A stretch of DNA of 64,000 nucleotides, taken from the IMG/VR virus record IMGVR_UViG_3300006916_000041, positions 96,001-160,000 of that record; one strand, given 5' to 3'. Each line of letters begins with the position of its first letter. The stretch's first letter is position 1. The notes beneath the pieces are model-generated. The model saw only the letters and a program-made list of their open reading frames with translations, did not search any database and was not told where the DNA came from. The translations under genes and the position numbers were made by a program. Positions 48,374 through 57,880 of this stretch are shown here, one piece after another. Origin of the DNA: a virus.

Positions 48374-49078
48374 TTATTTAGTCCGCCACACAAAATACAT
48401 TCTGTTTCTGTGAGTATCAGTTCTAATATCAAGTATATCAACACCAAGTTGATCTGCACAGTTTACAATAAAATTTGAATCCCAAGGATAAAAACTAATC
48501 CATTTACTGTGATCTTTACCTTCCTCGGGTCTATCGTCTTCGTCGTGTGCTAGTCCTGGATTAGCACGAAAGAACATCACTGCACCTGGGTTACACAAAC
48601 TCACAGCATGTTCGAGTTCAGCAAAAATTTTATCTGTGCTGCCAAAGTTAATGCTACCCAATGCTAGTGTTGCATCAAACTTTTCTTGAGGATGATAGTC
48701 CAATAACTTTACTTGATAATCTGCTGCACTGTTGTAAGGATCAATACCTACTAGATTGTCAATTTTACCTTTGAATTCATGATATCCGCAACCAATGTCT
48801 AACACACGTCTTGGCTTTAAATTGTTTACTTCATCAATTAATTTTAGACCACTGTACTTGTATTTTTTTATTTCGCCTTGCCAATAGTTACTAAAGTAGT
48901 TGCTCAATACTCTATCGTCAATCCTGTCAACTAATTCGCCAATGGTGTTGTATGTTACATTTTCTACATCCACACCAAATGTTCCTCTGATAGCTTGCCT
49001 CAGTGTTTGAGGTTGTCGCAGTAATTGAGGACTTGTATGAATTAATTGTTCGAGTTTGTATAGTATTTTGTGATTCAT
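48374..49078 (-). CDS. Class I SAM-dependent methyltransferase
   Basis: VLDIGCG, GIDP, FD...ALGSINF. Confidence 0.85.
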   Translation of the reverse strand: MNHKILYKLEQLIHTSPQLLRQPQTLRQAIRGTFGVDVENVTYNTIGELVDRIDDRVLSNYFSNYWQGEIKKYKYSGLKLIDEVNNLKPRRVLDIGCGYHEFKGKIDNLVGIDPYNSAADYQVKLLDYHPQEKFDATLALGSINFGSTDKIFAELEHAVSLCNPGAVMFFRANPGLAHDEDDRPEEGKDHSKWISFYPWDSNFIVNCADQLGVDILDIRTDTHRNRMYFVWRTK

Positions 49079-49083
49079 ATTTT

Positions 49084-49112
49084 ATTATATAGCTTTTAGT
49101 TTACGTTGTCAA
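49084..49112 (-). promoter_or_regulatory. Consensus sigma70 promoter
   Basis: TTGACA-17-TATAAT, 5 nt before ATG at 49078. Confidence 0.8.
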
Positions 49113-49114
49113 GA

Positions 49115-49231
49115 CTACTCGTAAATAAAAGGATCTCTTTTGCGTAATTCTTCTATTCTTTTTTTCATGCGCTTTTTTTCTTGATAGTAATCCCAAGGCC
49201 ACATAAAGAAATTTCTTAGTCGGGTAAGCAT
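49115..49231 (-). CDS. Small basic peptide ending RDPFIYE
   Basis: Manually translated 38 aa ORF overlapping the carbamoyltransferase 3' end. Confidence 0.55.
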   Translation of the reverse strand: MLTRLRNFFMWPWDYYQEKKRMKKRIEELRKRDPFIYE

Positions 49232-50703
49232 ACTTCAACTCTATATTTTTTAGTCCAACGCTCTGCGTCTTGTCTAGTATTTACTAGAGGTTCGCCTCGA
49301 ACATTGAGGCTAGTGTTCAACAACATCGGACAGCCTGTTTCAGCATACCAACGTTCTAGTAATTTCCTAATACCATGTTCACTGCCAGCAGGCACCGTTT
49401 GCACTCTACTGGTGTTGTCATAGTGTATGATAGCAGGAAACTGTTCGGGCTTTTTACACTTGGCTACGTATTGCATAAAGTCTCCTACTCTGCCTTCAAA
49501 ATAATCTTGTGCATGTTCTTCAAGTATCACAGGAGCAAACGGTCTGAATGCTTCTCTGTGTTTGATTGTGTTTACAAGGTCCTTAACATCACTTCCACGG
49601 GGATCAGCAAGAATACTACGGTTGCCAAGAGCCCTAGGGCCAAACTCAGCCCTACCAGATGCCACGGCTGTAATTTTTCTAGTGTGTAATTGTTCAAGTA
49701 CTTTTTCAACGGGGTACTCTCCTTCTATGTTATGTCCAAGGAAAGCGTGATCCATGTACATAAATTCTTTTTTATGTGCTAATACACATCCTATTGCACT
49801 GCCCGCATCACCTGGGTTAGCTGGTACATGCACATTGGTAAAAAACTCTCCTGCTAGTGGATTTGCAACACAGTTAAGTGCGCAACCTCCTACCAGTATT
49901 ATGTTACTGTACTTACCTTCTGTCATATGGTATACACTGCGACATAATTCAACAAATATTTCTTCGTATATACGCTGCACAGCCGCAGCGATGTCTGCAT
50001 AGTCTTGAGGAGTGTTTAGATCAGATCTCCAATCTAAGCAACCTCTGTGACAGTTCTGTTTAAATGTTGTATATGGAAACAAACTTGTGGGCAGACCATC
50101 TATAAAATCATTTTTTATATCTTCATATAATCTATCAGGATCACCTATTGCAGCCATACCCATGAGTATATACTCATGCTCTTGTGGCTTGAGTCCTATA
50201 CGCTGTGTCATAGCACTGTACCATATGCCTATGCTTTCTGGATAACGCTGACTCAACAGTTTGCGTAGCTTCCCGTCACTGCCTTCCCATATGCTAACAG
50301 TTTCCCATTCGCCTATGCTGTCAATTACTAGTATCAGTGCATCGTGCCAAGGACCTGTGTAGTATCCATATGCTGCATGACTCAAATGATGACTAGTTGT
50401 AGCACATTTAGGAGCGTTATTGATGAATTTGCGTATATATGTAGTAGGAGATTCTTTGCGTAGTAGTGTGTATTGTCCAGCACTAAACTGACGTGTCTTT
50501 TTAAGCAAAGGTCGTTCATAAAAATAGATTTTGTCAGGTTTGCCGTACAAATCAACAGCTTCTTCTATTAGTAAACTGTTCAAGTGTTTGTCATTCTTGA
50601 TTCTACTGTAGCGTTCACTGTGTGCTGCAAATTCCAATCCCGTTTCACTAAACACAGCCAAACTAGCATCATGACTCATGCCAGTCCATCCCCAAGTAAT
50701 CAT
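49216..50703 (-). CDS. Carbamoyltransferase (NodU/CmcH/TobZ family)
   Basis: HDAS, ERYSRIKND, HHLSHA, GGCALN, DAG.AIG, EFGPRALGNRS, LNTS.N. Confidence 0.95.
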   Translation of the reverse strand: MITWGWTGMSHDASLAVFSETGLEFAAHSERYSRIKNDKHLNSLLIEEAVDLYGKPDKIYFYERPLLKKTRQFSAGQYTLLRKESPTTYIRKFINNAPKCATTSHHLSHAAYGYYTGPWHDALILVIDSIGEWETVSIWEGSDGKLRKLLSQRYPESIGIWYSAMTQRIGLKPQEHEYILMGMAAIGDPDRLYEDIKNDFIDGLPTSLFPYTTFKQNCHRGCLDWRSDLNTPQDYADIAAAVQRIYEEIFVELCRSVYHMTEGKYSNIILVGGCALNCVANPLAGEFFTNVHVPANPGDAGSAIGCVLAHKKEFMYMDHAFLGHNIEGEYPVEKVLEQLHTRKITAVASGRAEFGPRALGNRSILADPRGSDVKDLVNTIKHREAFRPFAPVILEEHAQDYFEGRVGDFMQYVAKCKKPEQFPAIIHYDNTSRVQTVPAGSEHGIRKLLERWYAETGCPMLLNTSLNVRGEPLVNTRQDAERWTKKYRVEVCLPD

Positions 50704-51128
50704 TTTTTATCTCCACACACACCGTATATACCTGTTGTATCTTCTGGTAAGGGTATATCTTCTAAGTCTAACCAAACTGCTCGTTTGTGTCTAGGAAAAT
50801 TTCCTGGGTAACACCATATGTGTCCGTCGTTGGTTAGTGTAACTGTATCTGTATCATGCCAAAAGCAACGTGTACGCATGTCTAACAGCATTTGTAGTGC
50901 GTCTAAATCTTTTGCATGACACCACACACCAGGCTCTTGTAAAAATCCCGTGTTGGCAATTTGCAGCGGTTCGTCGTGTCCTAGGTATAGCAACCCACGA
51001 TGTGCTCGTACATCTACTTCAACGTCATAACCTTTGTCGTAGTACGCAAACTCTACGTAGTCCTTGGTGTTCTCCCATGCAGGTTGTACGCCTTGCCAGT
51101 TACCTCTGTGTGCTATGAATTTAACCAT
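50700..51128 (-). CDS. Small GDPD/PLC-like phosphodiesterase-fold protein
   Basis: IAHRGN, EN, DVEVDV, LGHD, WCHAK. Confidence 0.75.
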   Translation of the reverse strand: MVKFIAHRGNWQGVQPAWENTKDYVEFAYYDKGYDVEVDVRAHRGLLYLGHDEPLQIANTGFLQEPGVWCHAKDLDALQMLLDMRTRCFWHDTDTVTLTNDGHIWCYPGNFPRHKRAVWLDLEDIPLPEDTTGIYGVCGDKK

Positions 51129-51808
51129 AAATCTAAATCCTCCGGTGTACCAACTCCATACATGTGTTCGATAGGAACTCGTACTACACGCCCTCCAACA
51201 GCAATAGTTTGGTTGTATGTTGGTGCAAGATAAAATTCGCCATTTACACGTTCATTGTTTGCGATCATTTGGTTGGCACTGTTCTTAAATGTTTTCCATT
51301 GGCTCCAGTAGTAGTGTCCACTTGTAGCATGTGTACTAATAGGATTTTTTTCTGCTACTTCCACAACTATGTCGTTTTCTGTTCTAGCATAACTCCATTT
51401 AGGATCACGCTCTGGACATTCAAAAGTCATAATAACTCCATCGTTGTGCATTTGTTCAGTGAACAAACTGCTATCCCAATCAATAAACTGATCACAGTTT
51501 GTAACAAACATTGCATCCTCTGAATTCATATAAGGATCTGCTGTTAACACACTACAGGCTGCACCTTGTGTTAGCGCATCAAGTTCAACAACATGTGCAT
51601 GGGGATAGTAATCACGTATACCATCTGCTATGTTATGCTCTTTTCTAGTAATAAAAATATGATTGTCAAACTCTAAGTCAACGCTTTCTACTGCTCGTAC
51701 AAACATTGGCTTGCCACGTACATCTATTAGTGGTTTTGGAACAGTATAGCCTTGTTCACGAAAGCGACTGCCTTCGCCTGCCATTGGCATTATTAAATTA
51801 AAATTCAT
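51113..51808 (-). CDS. Sugar-phosphate nucleotidyltransferase-like protein
   Basis: PMAGEGSRF, PKPLI, NCDQ, EK, NGEFY, GTPEDL. Confidence 0.85.
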   Translation of the reverse strand: MNFNLIMPMAGEGSRFREQGYTVPKPLIDVRGKPMFVRAVESVDLEFDNHIFITRKEHNIADGIRDYYPHAHVVELDALTQGAACSVLTADPYMNSEDAMFVTNCDQFIDWDSSLFTEQMHNDGVIMTFECPERDPKWSYARTENDIVVEVAEKNPISTHATSGHYYWSQWKTFKNSANQMIANNERVNGEFYLAPTYNQTIAVGGRVVRVPIEHMYGVGTPEDLDLWLNS

Positions 51809-51822
51809 AAATTTACCTCTTA

Positions 51823-52914
51823 TTATCTCTGTTTATATACAGATAAGTTACCTAGATATACCTTAGGGTGGTTAAAAATATCATCCTTTAATATGTTCAA
51901 AAATAAATTAAACTCAGGATGTTCAATTTTCCATATAGCATGTTCATCAAATTGTTTCTTATCCCATGTGTTCCAATCATTTAATTTAGAAAAATGGATA
52001 CTAGAAGCATTGTCAAAATTTTCTAAGATCAGCTCGATGTACGTTTTCATTTCTTTGTAATTGTCTTTCTGAACAACGAAATCAAAGTGTATATTAAAAT
52101 TGGAAATTTCTTTTGAACGCTCATTTAAATATCTACAGTTTTCTATCAATAATTCCCAATTGCCGCCTAGTCTTGTTTTATTTTCATATGTTTCTTTGGT
52201 CCCTGCATCAAAACTAATTCTGCAATTGTGTAAATTGTGTTGTATTTTTTCTAACTTCTTCCACATTTTTGATGTGAACATTACTCCGTTTGTATTCAAA
52301 TTAATAATCAAGTTGGGGAAATCATGTCCATTTATATTTTCTAACATTTCTCTGTATATTACACTAGCAAAAGGATCACCACTTCCAGTTACATATATTT
52401 CAAATTTTCTATCAGTGGGTGTTTTTAAAAAAATTTCACAAATCTTATCATTTATTTTTTTCTTCTGAATATACTCAGCTGATTCTCTACTTAATAGTAT
52501 CTTTTCTAACCTACAACTAGGGCAGTAAAGATTACAACTCCTATCTTCACTAAAATGTATCGATGTAGGCATTTCTTCTAAGATAACTTTGTTTTTTTTA
52601 ATAGCATCTTTAGAATAATCTGTTAAAAAACGATCGTTGTTAATGTCTTCAAGTAACGGCAACGAGTCAGACACTATATATGGACAAAGATCATGATTAC
52701 AATAGCACCAATCTCCTGTATACACTTGATTTCTCAAATTTTGAGACACTTCTCCGTTCCATATTTCTTGAAAGTCATCTGTTAAAATATTTCCTATTTT
52801 TTCTGGTAACCACGCAGGACAACATATCCAACATGAACCATCAGTTGATATTTCTAGAAAACTAAAAAGTTTATGACAGTACTTGTTTTTAGTGTTGTTG
52901 ACTAGATTTTTCAT
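51823..52914 (-). CDS. Radical SAM enzyme with N-terminal SPASM-like domain
   Basis: YC...ICC...C...CP; CNLYCPSC; GSGDPF. Confidence 0.9.
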   Translation of the reverse strand: MKNLVNNTKNKYCHKLFSFLEISTDGSCWICCPAWLPEKIGNILTDDFQEIWNGEVSQNLRNQVYTGDWCYCNHDLCPYIVSDSLPLLEDINNDRFLTDYSKDAIKKNKVILEEMPTSIHFSEDRSCNLYCPSCRLEKILLSRESAEYIQKKKINDKICEIFLKTPTDRKFEIYVTGSGDPFASVIYREMLENINGHDFPNLIINLNTNGVMFTSKMWKKLEKIQHNLHNCRISFDAGTKETYENKTRLGGNWELLIENCRYLNERSKEISNFNIHFDFVVQKDNYKEMKTYIELILENFDNASSIHFSKLNDWNTWDKKQFDEHAIWKIEHPEFNLFLNILKDDIFNHPKVYLGNLSVYKQR

Positions 52915-53762
52915 GTGTGTTTTAATACTAGAGTATTATTTCCATTTTGATTAAAATTTTTAATTATATTATAACCTATCAACTGATTATCATTGCTTTT
53001 ATTCTTAGCAATAGAAACATACGGTCCCCAACAAGGTACATTGTGTTTATCACATTCATCGACAAAAGAATCAACACACGGCTCTTGTTTTGCAGATCCA
53101 TTTAGTTCGATAGTATCAACTAAATTTTGATAATGACTTATTTCTGGATGATCAACTTTTCCGGAGATCCTATATTTCTCATACTGCGGACGACCAATGT
53201 CGTAAAATGGTATAGCTATCGAATCTTTGATAAATCCGGTGTCTTCTGGTTTAATTTTGTATTCATTCAATGATGACGTATCTTTATATAATTTGATATT
53301 ATGCAAATAAAAAAATTGATATAAAAATTCTATTTTATGTACTGCCGTATTGATATGCGAATAATCAATTGATTTACTGCGAAGTTTCAAGTTTATTATA
53401 TCATATATTTCTTTAGTGTCTTGATCAAATATAGGAAGATGCATTTCTAAAGATTGCTTTGTTATATGTGCCCACTGCTCATGTGTACGTTGCAAGAAAG
53501 CAGTATCATAAATTGTCGAAAGTTCATAATGCCATTTATCTGGAAGGTTTTCAGTTACTGAAATACTGTTAACTTCTTCAAGTATATTGTTAAGATAAGA
53601 TGTGACCTCTAACCATTTATTATAATGACTATTAATTGCGTGTTCATTGAAATTTAATATTATTTCATTTGAACTGTTAAATGCCCAACTAACCCACCTA
53701 TCAACAAAATTTGTATTATAGTAATCCAAATCAACTTCATTATTATTAAAACTTAGTATCAT
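52911..53762 (-). CDS. Hypothetical protein (distant paralog of 56762-57829)
   Basis: H..W, IN..VH.IE, Y.IGR block. Confidence 0.65.
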   Translation of the reverse strand: MILSFNNNEVDLDYYNTNFVDRWVSWAFNSSNEIILNFNEHAINSHYNKWLEVTSYLNNILEEVNSISVTENLPDKWHYELSTIYDTAFLQRTHEQWAHITKQSLEMHLPIFDQDTKEIYDIINLKLRSKSIDYSHINTAVHKIEFLYQFFYLHNIKLYKDTSSLNEYKIKPEDTGFIKDSIAIPFYDIGRPQYEKYRISGKVDHPEISHYQNLVDTIELNGSAKQEPCVDSFVDECDKHNVPCWGPYVSIAKNKSNDNQLIGYNIIKNFNQNGNNTLVLKHT

Positions 53763-54521
53763 TTAATTCTCCACAACATGACTTACAAAAATCTCAAAAT
53801 TTGATGTTGTCATGTATTCCCAAACTTTCCCATTAAACTCCTTATATTCTTTATTATAATATAGTCCGTTAAACGGCTGAGTTTTGTAATTTGTTTCTAT
53901 AATGGTTTCTAAATGATTTTGTAAATAGTCCGACTTATCTTTTGTTTTACATATTATAGTTTCTTTTTGACTAAAGCACAAGGGATACGCATATCCCTTT
54001 TCTATTAGATTAATAACTAACATTATTCTTTCTAATCCACAATTAACCCTAGTGTCATCTATTATTATTACTGCATCATCTGTCAGATTTTTTTCTATTA
54101 GTTGAACAACATCATTGAAATTTATTACACAATCAATTCTCATTACAGATATGTTATTTTTATACTTTTCATTGAAACTATCTGATTTAATTAACATTGA
54201 TATATCATTGTCATATATATCACTTATTTTTACATCTGAATACTGTTTTTCAATGAAAGATTTAAGTTGAATTTTGTTAATTGGCCAATCATAATTCTCA
54301 GACGAAAAATTAGAATCAATCCAGTTGAAGTTTTCTACTAATATCCATTCACAATTTTTAACGTTAAGCTCGGTCTGAACTCTAGTCCAGCCGCCTGAGC
54401 CTGCTCCTAGTTCTAGTATTTTTATATTTTTATCTCTTGATAGTTCATGTAATATGATACTTTGAACTATCATATCATTTAATTCTGCCATAACTTGACA
54501 TTTTTTAATTAAGTTTGTCAT
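53763..54521 (-). CDS. Class I SAM-dependent methyltransferase
   Basis: ILELGAGSG, RID, IIIDD. Confidence 0.75.
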   Translation of the reverse strand: MTNLIKKCQVMAELNDMIVQSIILHELSRDKNIKILELGAGSGGWTRVQTELNVKNCEWILVENFNWIDSNFSSENYDWPINKIQLKSFIEKQYSDVKISDIYDNDISMLIKSDSFNEKYKNNISVMRIDCVINFNDVVQLIEKNLTDDAVIIIDDTRVNCGLERIMLVINLIEKGYAYPLCFSQKETIICKTKDKSDYLQNHLETIIETNYKTQPFNGLYYNKEYKEFNGKVWEYMTTSNFEIFVSHVVEN

Positions 54522-55663
54522 ATATATAAAATATCCCTAGGGCTTTTATTCTTTAAACACATCGATGTACATGTAGTAAGTCTTCCGTTACAATGTGAAA
54601 GTTCCCATAATTTTTCTATCTTAGATAAAAAATCTGTTTCTAATATTTGTTTTACAGTATAATTTTTAGCATTTGTTTTTTCTAAATCAATGTTTTTTTC
54701 TAACCATTTATTATATTGTACATTATTTAAATCAAGTGATACATTCTGGCTTCCTATTCCTAAAAAACAACAAGGATGAACATTTCCGTTACTATCAATA
54801 TAAATTTCTTTATTGTTTTTTGTCATGCATGATATTTCTGTGCCATCTAAATCAACAAAACGTTCGCCGTGTTCTTTTAATACCAATTCAGTAAACTTAT
54901 TATTATTATCCAGTCTCCACTCATATGATTCCATTGGCAGTGTATCTACATGTTTTGTATTTTTTTCGTTTGTAAAAATATCATTATTAAAATTTTTGTC
55001 GGACGATTGTTCAATGAAATAATCTATATCTCCTTTTTTGTCTAAGACTCTCATTGCTGAAAAACCCTGTAATGGAGTGTCAAACCCAAAAGGTCTTTTA
55101 AATCGTATGGCAGAAAAACCCATTTTTTCAGAAAGTTCTCTTGCTTCGTCAATTTGATGTTGGTTGTGTTTAAAAATTAAAAATTCCCAAACTGCATTGC
55201 CGCCGCCATCAATGAAAGACTGCATGTTTTCTTTTAATCTTTCCCAAATTACACCACGCCTGTATATATGATTTGTATCTTCTAATCCATCTACACTAAA
55301 GGTAACTGATAATTTTGGATTTATTGATCCAAGTCGCTTCCACCATTCAGGCGATCTTATTCCTCCGTTTGTATGAATACTAATTAATAGATTTGGATTT
55401 TGCATTTTTAAATATTCTAATATATCTGGTATTTCTTTGCAAAAAATTGGATCTCCATAATTTCCGCACATCAAAATTTTATCAAGTTGTTTACTTGTTT
55501 CTTCATTAAATATTTTAACAAAATCATCATAACTCATGGTTCTTGTTATTAATCCAGGCACTGTATATCCACCGTCGACATTTCTTGGACATACAGGACA
55601 TGCTGCATTACATGCACTGCTTAATTCTATGTGTATTGTTTTTAACTCTTCAAATTTAATCAT
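54518..55663 (-). CDS. Radical SAM/SPASM enzyme
   Basis: CNAACPVC, CGNYGDP, HTNG; PCC...C...C. Confidence 0.93.
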   Translation of the reverse strand: MIKFEELKTIHIELSSACNAACPVCPRNVDGGYTVPGLITRTMSYDDFVKIFNEETSKQLDKILMCGNYGDPIFCKEIPDILEYLKMQNPNLLISIHTNGGIRSPEWWKRLGSINPKLSVTFSVDGLEDTNHIYRRGVIWERLKENMQSFIDGGGNAVWEFLIFKHNQHQIDEARELSEKMGFSAIRFKRPFGFDTPLQGFSAMRVLDKKGDIDYFIEQSSDKNFNNDIFTNEKNTKHVDTLPMESYEWRLDNNNKFTELVLKEHGERFVDLDGTEISCMTKNNKEIYIDSNGNVHPCCFLGIGSQNVSLDLNNVQYNKWLEKNIDLEKTNAKNYTVKQILETDFLSKIEKLWELSHCNGRLTTCTSMCLKNKSPRDILYI

Positions 55664-56769
55664 GATTCTATACGAAGACCTTTTCTTAAATTATTTTTCA
55701 TTGAGCACATTGTAGCACATGTATAAAATTTACTATCCGTGTCCCATGTTTGTTTTATCTTTTTAAAATAATCGGATTCTATAATTTGTTTCAATGAATA
55801 TTTTTTTGCATTTATATTATCAATTCCGATATTTTCTTGTAGCCATTTCACAAATTGCAGTTCCTCTGGATCGTGTAGTACGTCAGACTGACCGCCAAAA
55901 CCAAACCAGCAACACGGAAATACATTATATAATGCATCTATATATATTTCTTTTTGTTTTATAGCATGACAGTTTATTTTATTGTCCCAGGACCTACTAT
56001 TTATATGTGCATTTTTAGATTTTATTTTTGTAGTAATATATTTGTTATATTCACAATCATGTTTTACTAAATCTATTTTCTCACTGTCAAACGGCTTATT
56101 TACAAAATCATCATCACCTGGCATTACGAAATATTCAAATTTTCCGTCATTGTCAATGACATTTATTGCAGGAACTGAAGTAAGTGGATTATTAAATCCA
56201 TATGGTCGCTTGGGAATAAATTCAACAAATCCAAGTTCATCGGCATACTCTTTAGCTCGGTCAGTCTGATGTTGGTTGTGTTTAAAAATTAAAAATTCCC
56301 AACGAGCTATGCCGCCAGCATTTATATATGCAGCAACATTAGTCATAAGTTTATTCCAATTAACATTACGTCTATATATGTGGTTAGTATCTTCTAAACC
56401 ATCGATACTAAAAATAACATTTGTGTCATATGAAGCTAGTTGCTGCCACCAGTCTGGATTTCGTAAACCTCCATTTGTATGAATTATGATGTTTACTGTT
56501 TTATTATGAGTTCTTATGTATTCTAAAATTTTATTAAGGTCCTGGCACGACATAGGATCACCGTATCTACCAACCAATAAAATTTGAGTTAGCTTACTTA
56601 TAAATTCTGGGTCAAAAATATCTAAGAAATCATCAAAAGTAAATGTATTGTGTTTAATATACGGCTGGTCATATCCACCCATTACATTTCTTGGACATAC
56701 AGGACATGCTGCATTGCACAGTGTACTTAATTCTACATGTATTTTTTTGATTTCATTATAATTAAACAT
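55660..56769 (-). CDS. Radical SAM/SPASM enzyme (tandem paralog of 54518-55663)
   Basis: CNAACPVC, GRYGDP, HTNG; PCC...C...C. Confidence 0.93.
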   Translation of the reverse strand: MFNYNEIKKIHVELSTLCNAACPVCPRNVMGGYDQPYIKHNTFTFDDFLDIFDPEFISKLTQILLVGRYGDPMSCQDLNKILEYIRTHNKTVNIIIHTNGGLRNPDWWQQLASYDTNVIFSIDGLEDTNHIYRRNVNWNKLMTNVAAYINAGGIARWEFLIFKHNQHQTDRAKEYADELGFVEFIPKRPYGFNNPLTSVPAINVIDNDGKFEYFVMPGDDDFVNKPFDSEKIDLVKHDCEYNKYITTKIKSKNAHINSRSWDNKINCHAIKQKEIYIDALYNVFPCCWFGFGGQSDVLHDPEELQFVKWLQENIGIDNINAKKYSLKQIIESDYFKKIKQTWDTDSKFYTCATMCSMKNNLRKGLRIES

Positions 56770-57829
56770 GCTCTTTTACTGTTTCAACATAGAGCTTTTT
56801 CTTTTCAGATTCATAAAGATCTCGCCATGTATAATCGTACCGTTTGCGCCCAATTTCTTCAGTATCATCATAAAGTGCAATTTCCCATAAGTCATCAAAT
56901 TGATACAATTGTTTCATAATATCAATGTCTTCCATATCAGGAAAATTATCTCTGTTAATTTCTCCGAAAAAACATTGACCCAGGGCAAGTGATTTATCTT
57001 TCATATTTATCTGACCTTCCATTAACCATGTTTGAAATTTATCCCACACTGTATGATCTTGGTCAGGTATAATATTAAAAACAATATCAAATTCACCACT
57101 TAAATAACGGTGACCTGTAATATTTTCATCGTAAATATCTCCATCTTCATCAAAAAATACTTCCCAATGAGTTTTTCCAATTTGACTATAGTGAATTCGA
57201 ATCTCACCAAATTTTGGCCAACGATATTCAAAATAATCCCAGTCGCCTTCCTCAAGACTCATGTCGTGGCGTATCGGCGGATACATTGGAAGAATGAGAC
57301 TTGTATTAGTAGAAGGTTGTTCACTATTAAGTGATTCATATGCACGTTCAAGTGCTTCTATTTCATGACAAAAGTGATTTAATTGTCTAACACTGTATTT
57401 ACGAGGTTCATCAAACATTTTATACCATTCACTGATATTCCAAACTTGGCCTTGTAATATTTCAAAATGATGATGAATAGCATTCATTTTTTCTCTTGTT
57501 ATAGAATCAGGACTAAACCACAGATCAATAAAATAGTCATAATTGTTTTCTTTACAATGTGAGTTGATTTGATGAATATGGAAATTAAGTTCATCGCAGA
57601 GATATTTAAAATCTCTATTATTTGAACTATCAGTGTTTACCCATCCATGAAACATAAAATTCTTTTCAATGACACTTTTATTATCTTCAGATAGATAATC
57701 TTCTAATAGATAGTTTGCCCACTTTTGCGCTACTGGTATATCTTTGATATCAAAATACACAGGTTGTGTATCTCCAGTAATACTGTTTCTCATAAGAATT
57801 TCTAATTTTTTAATTGTTTTTTTTGTCAT
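56762..57829 (-). CDS. Hypothetical protein
   Basis: N.IHHHFE, LNHFCHEIE, YSQIGKT. Confidence 0.7.
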   Translation of the reverse strand: MTKKTIKKLEILMRNSITGDTQPVYFDIKDIPVAQKWANYLLEDYLSEDNKSVIEKNFMFHGWVNTDSSNNRDFKYLCDELNFHIHQINSHCKENNYDYFIDLWFSPDSITREKMNAIHHHFEILQGQVWNISEWYKMFDEPRKYSVRQLNHFCHEIEALERAYESLNSEQPSTNTSLILPMYPPIRHDMSLEEGDWDYFEYRWPKFGEIRIHYSQIGKTHWEVFFDEDGDIYDENITGHRYLSGEFDIVFNIIPDQDHTVWDKFQTWLMEGQINMKDKSLALGQCFFGEINRDNFPDMEDIDIMKQLYQFDDLWEIALYDDTEEIGRKRYDYTWRDLYESEKKKLYVETVKEHV

Positions 57830-57880
57830 TTTACTTTCTTTCTATTATAAAGTTTGTAATCTTAATTCTAATCTTAACTT

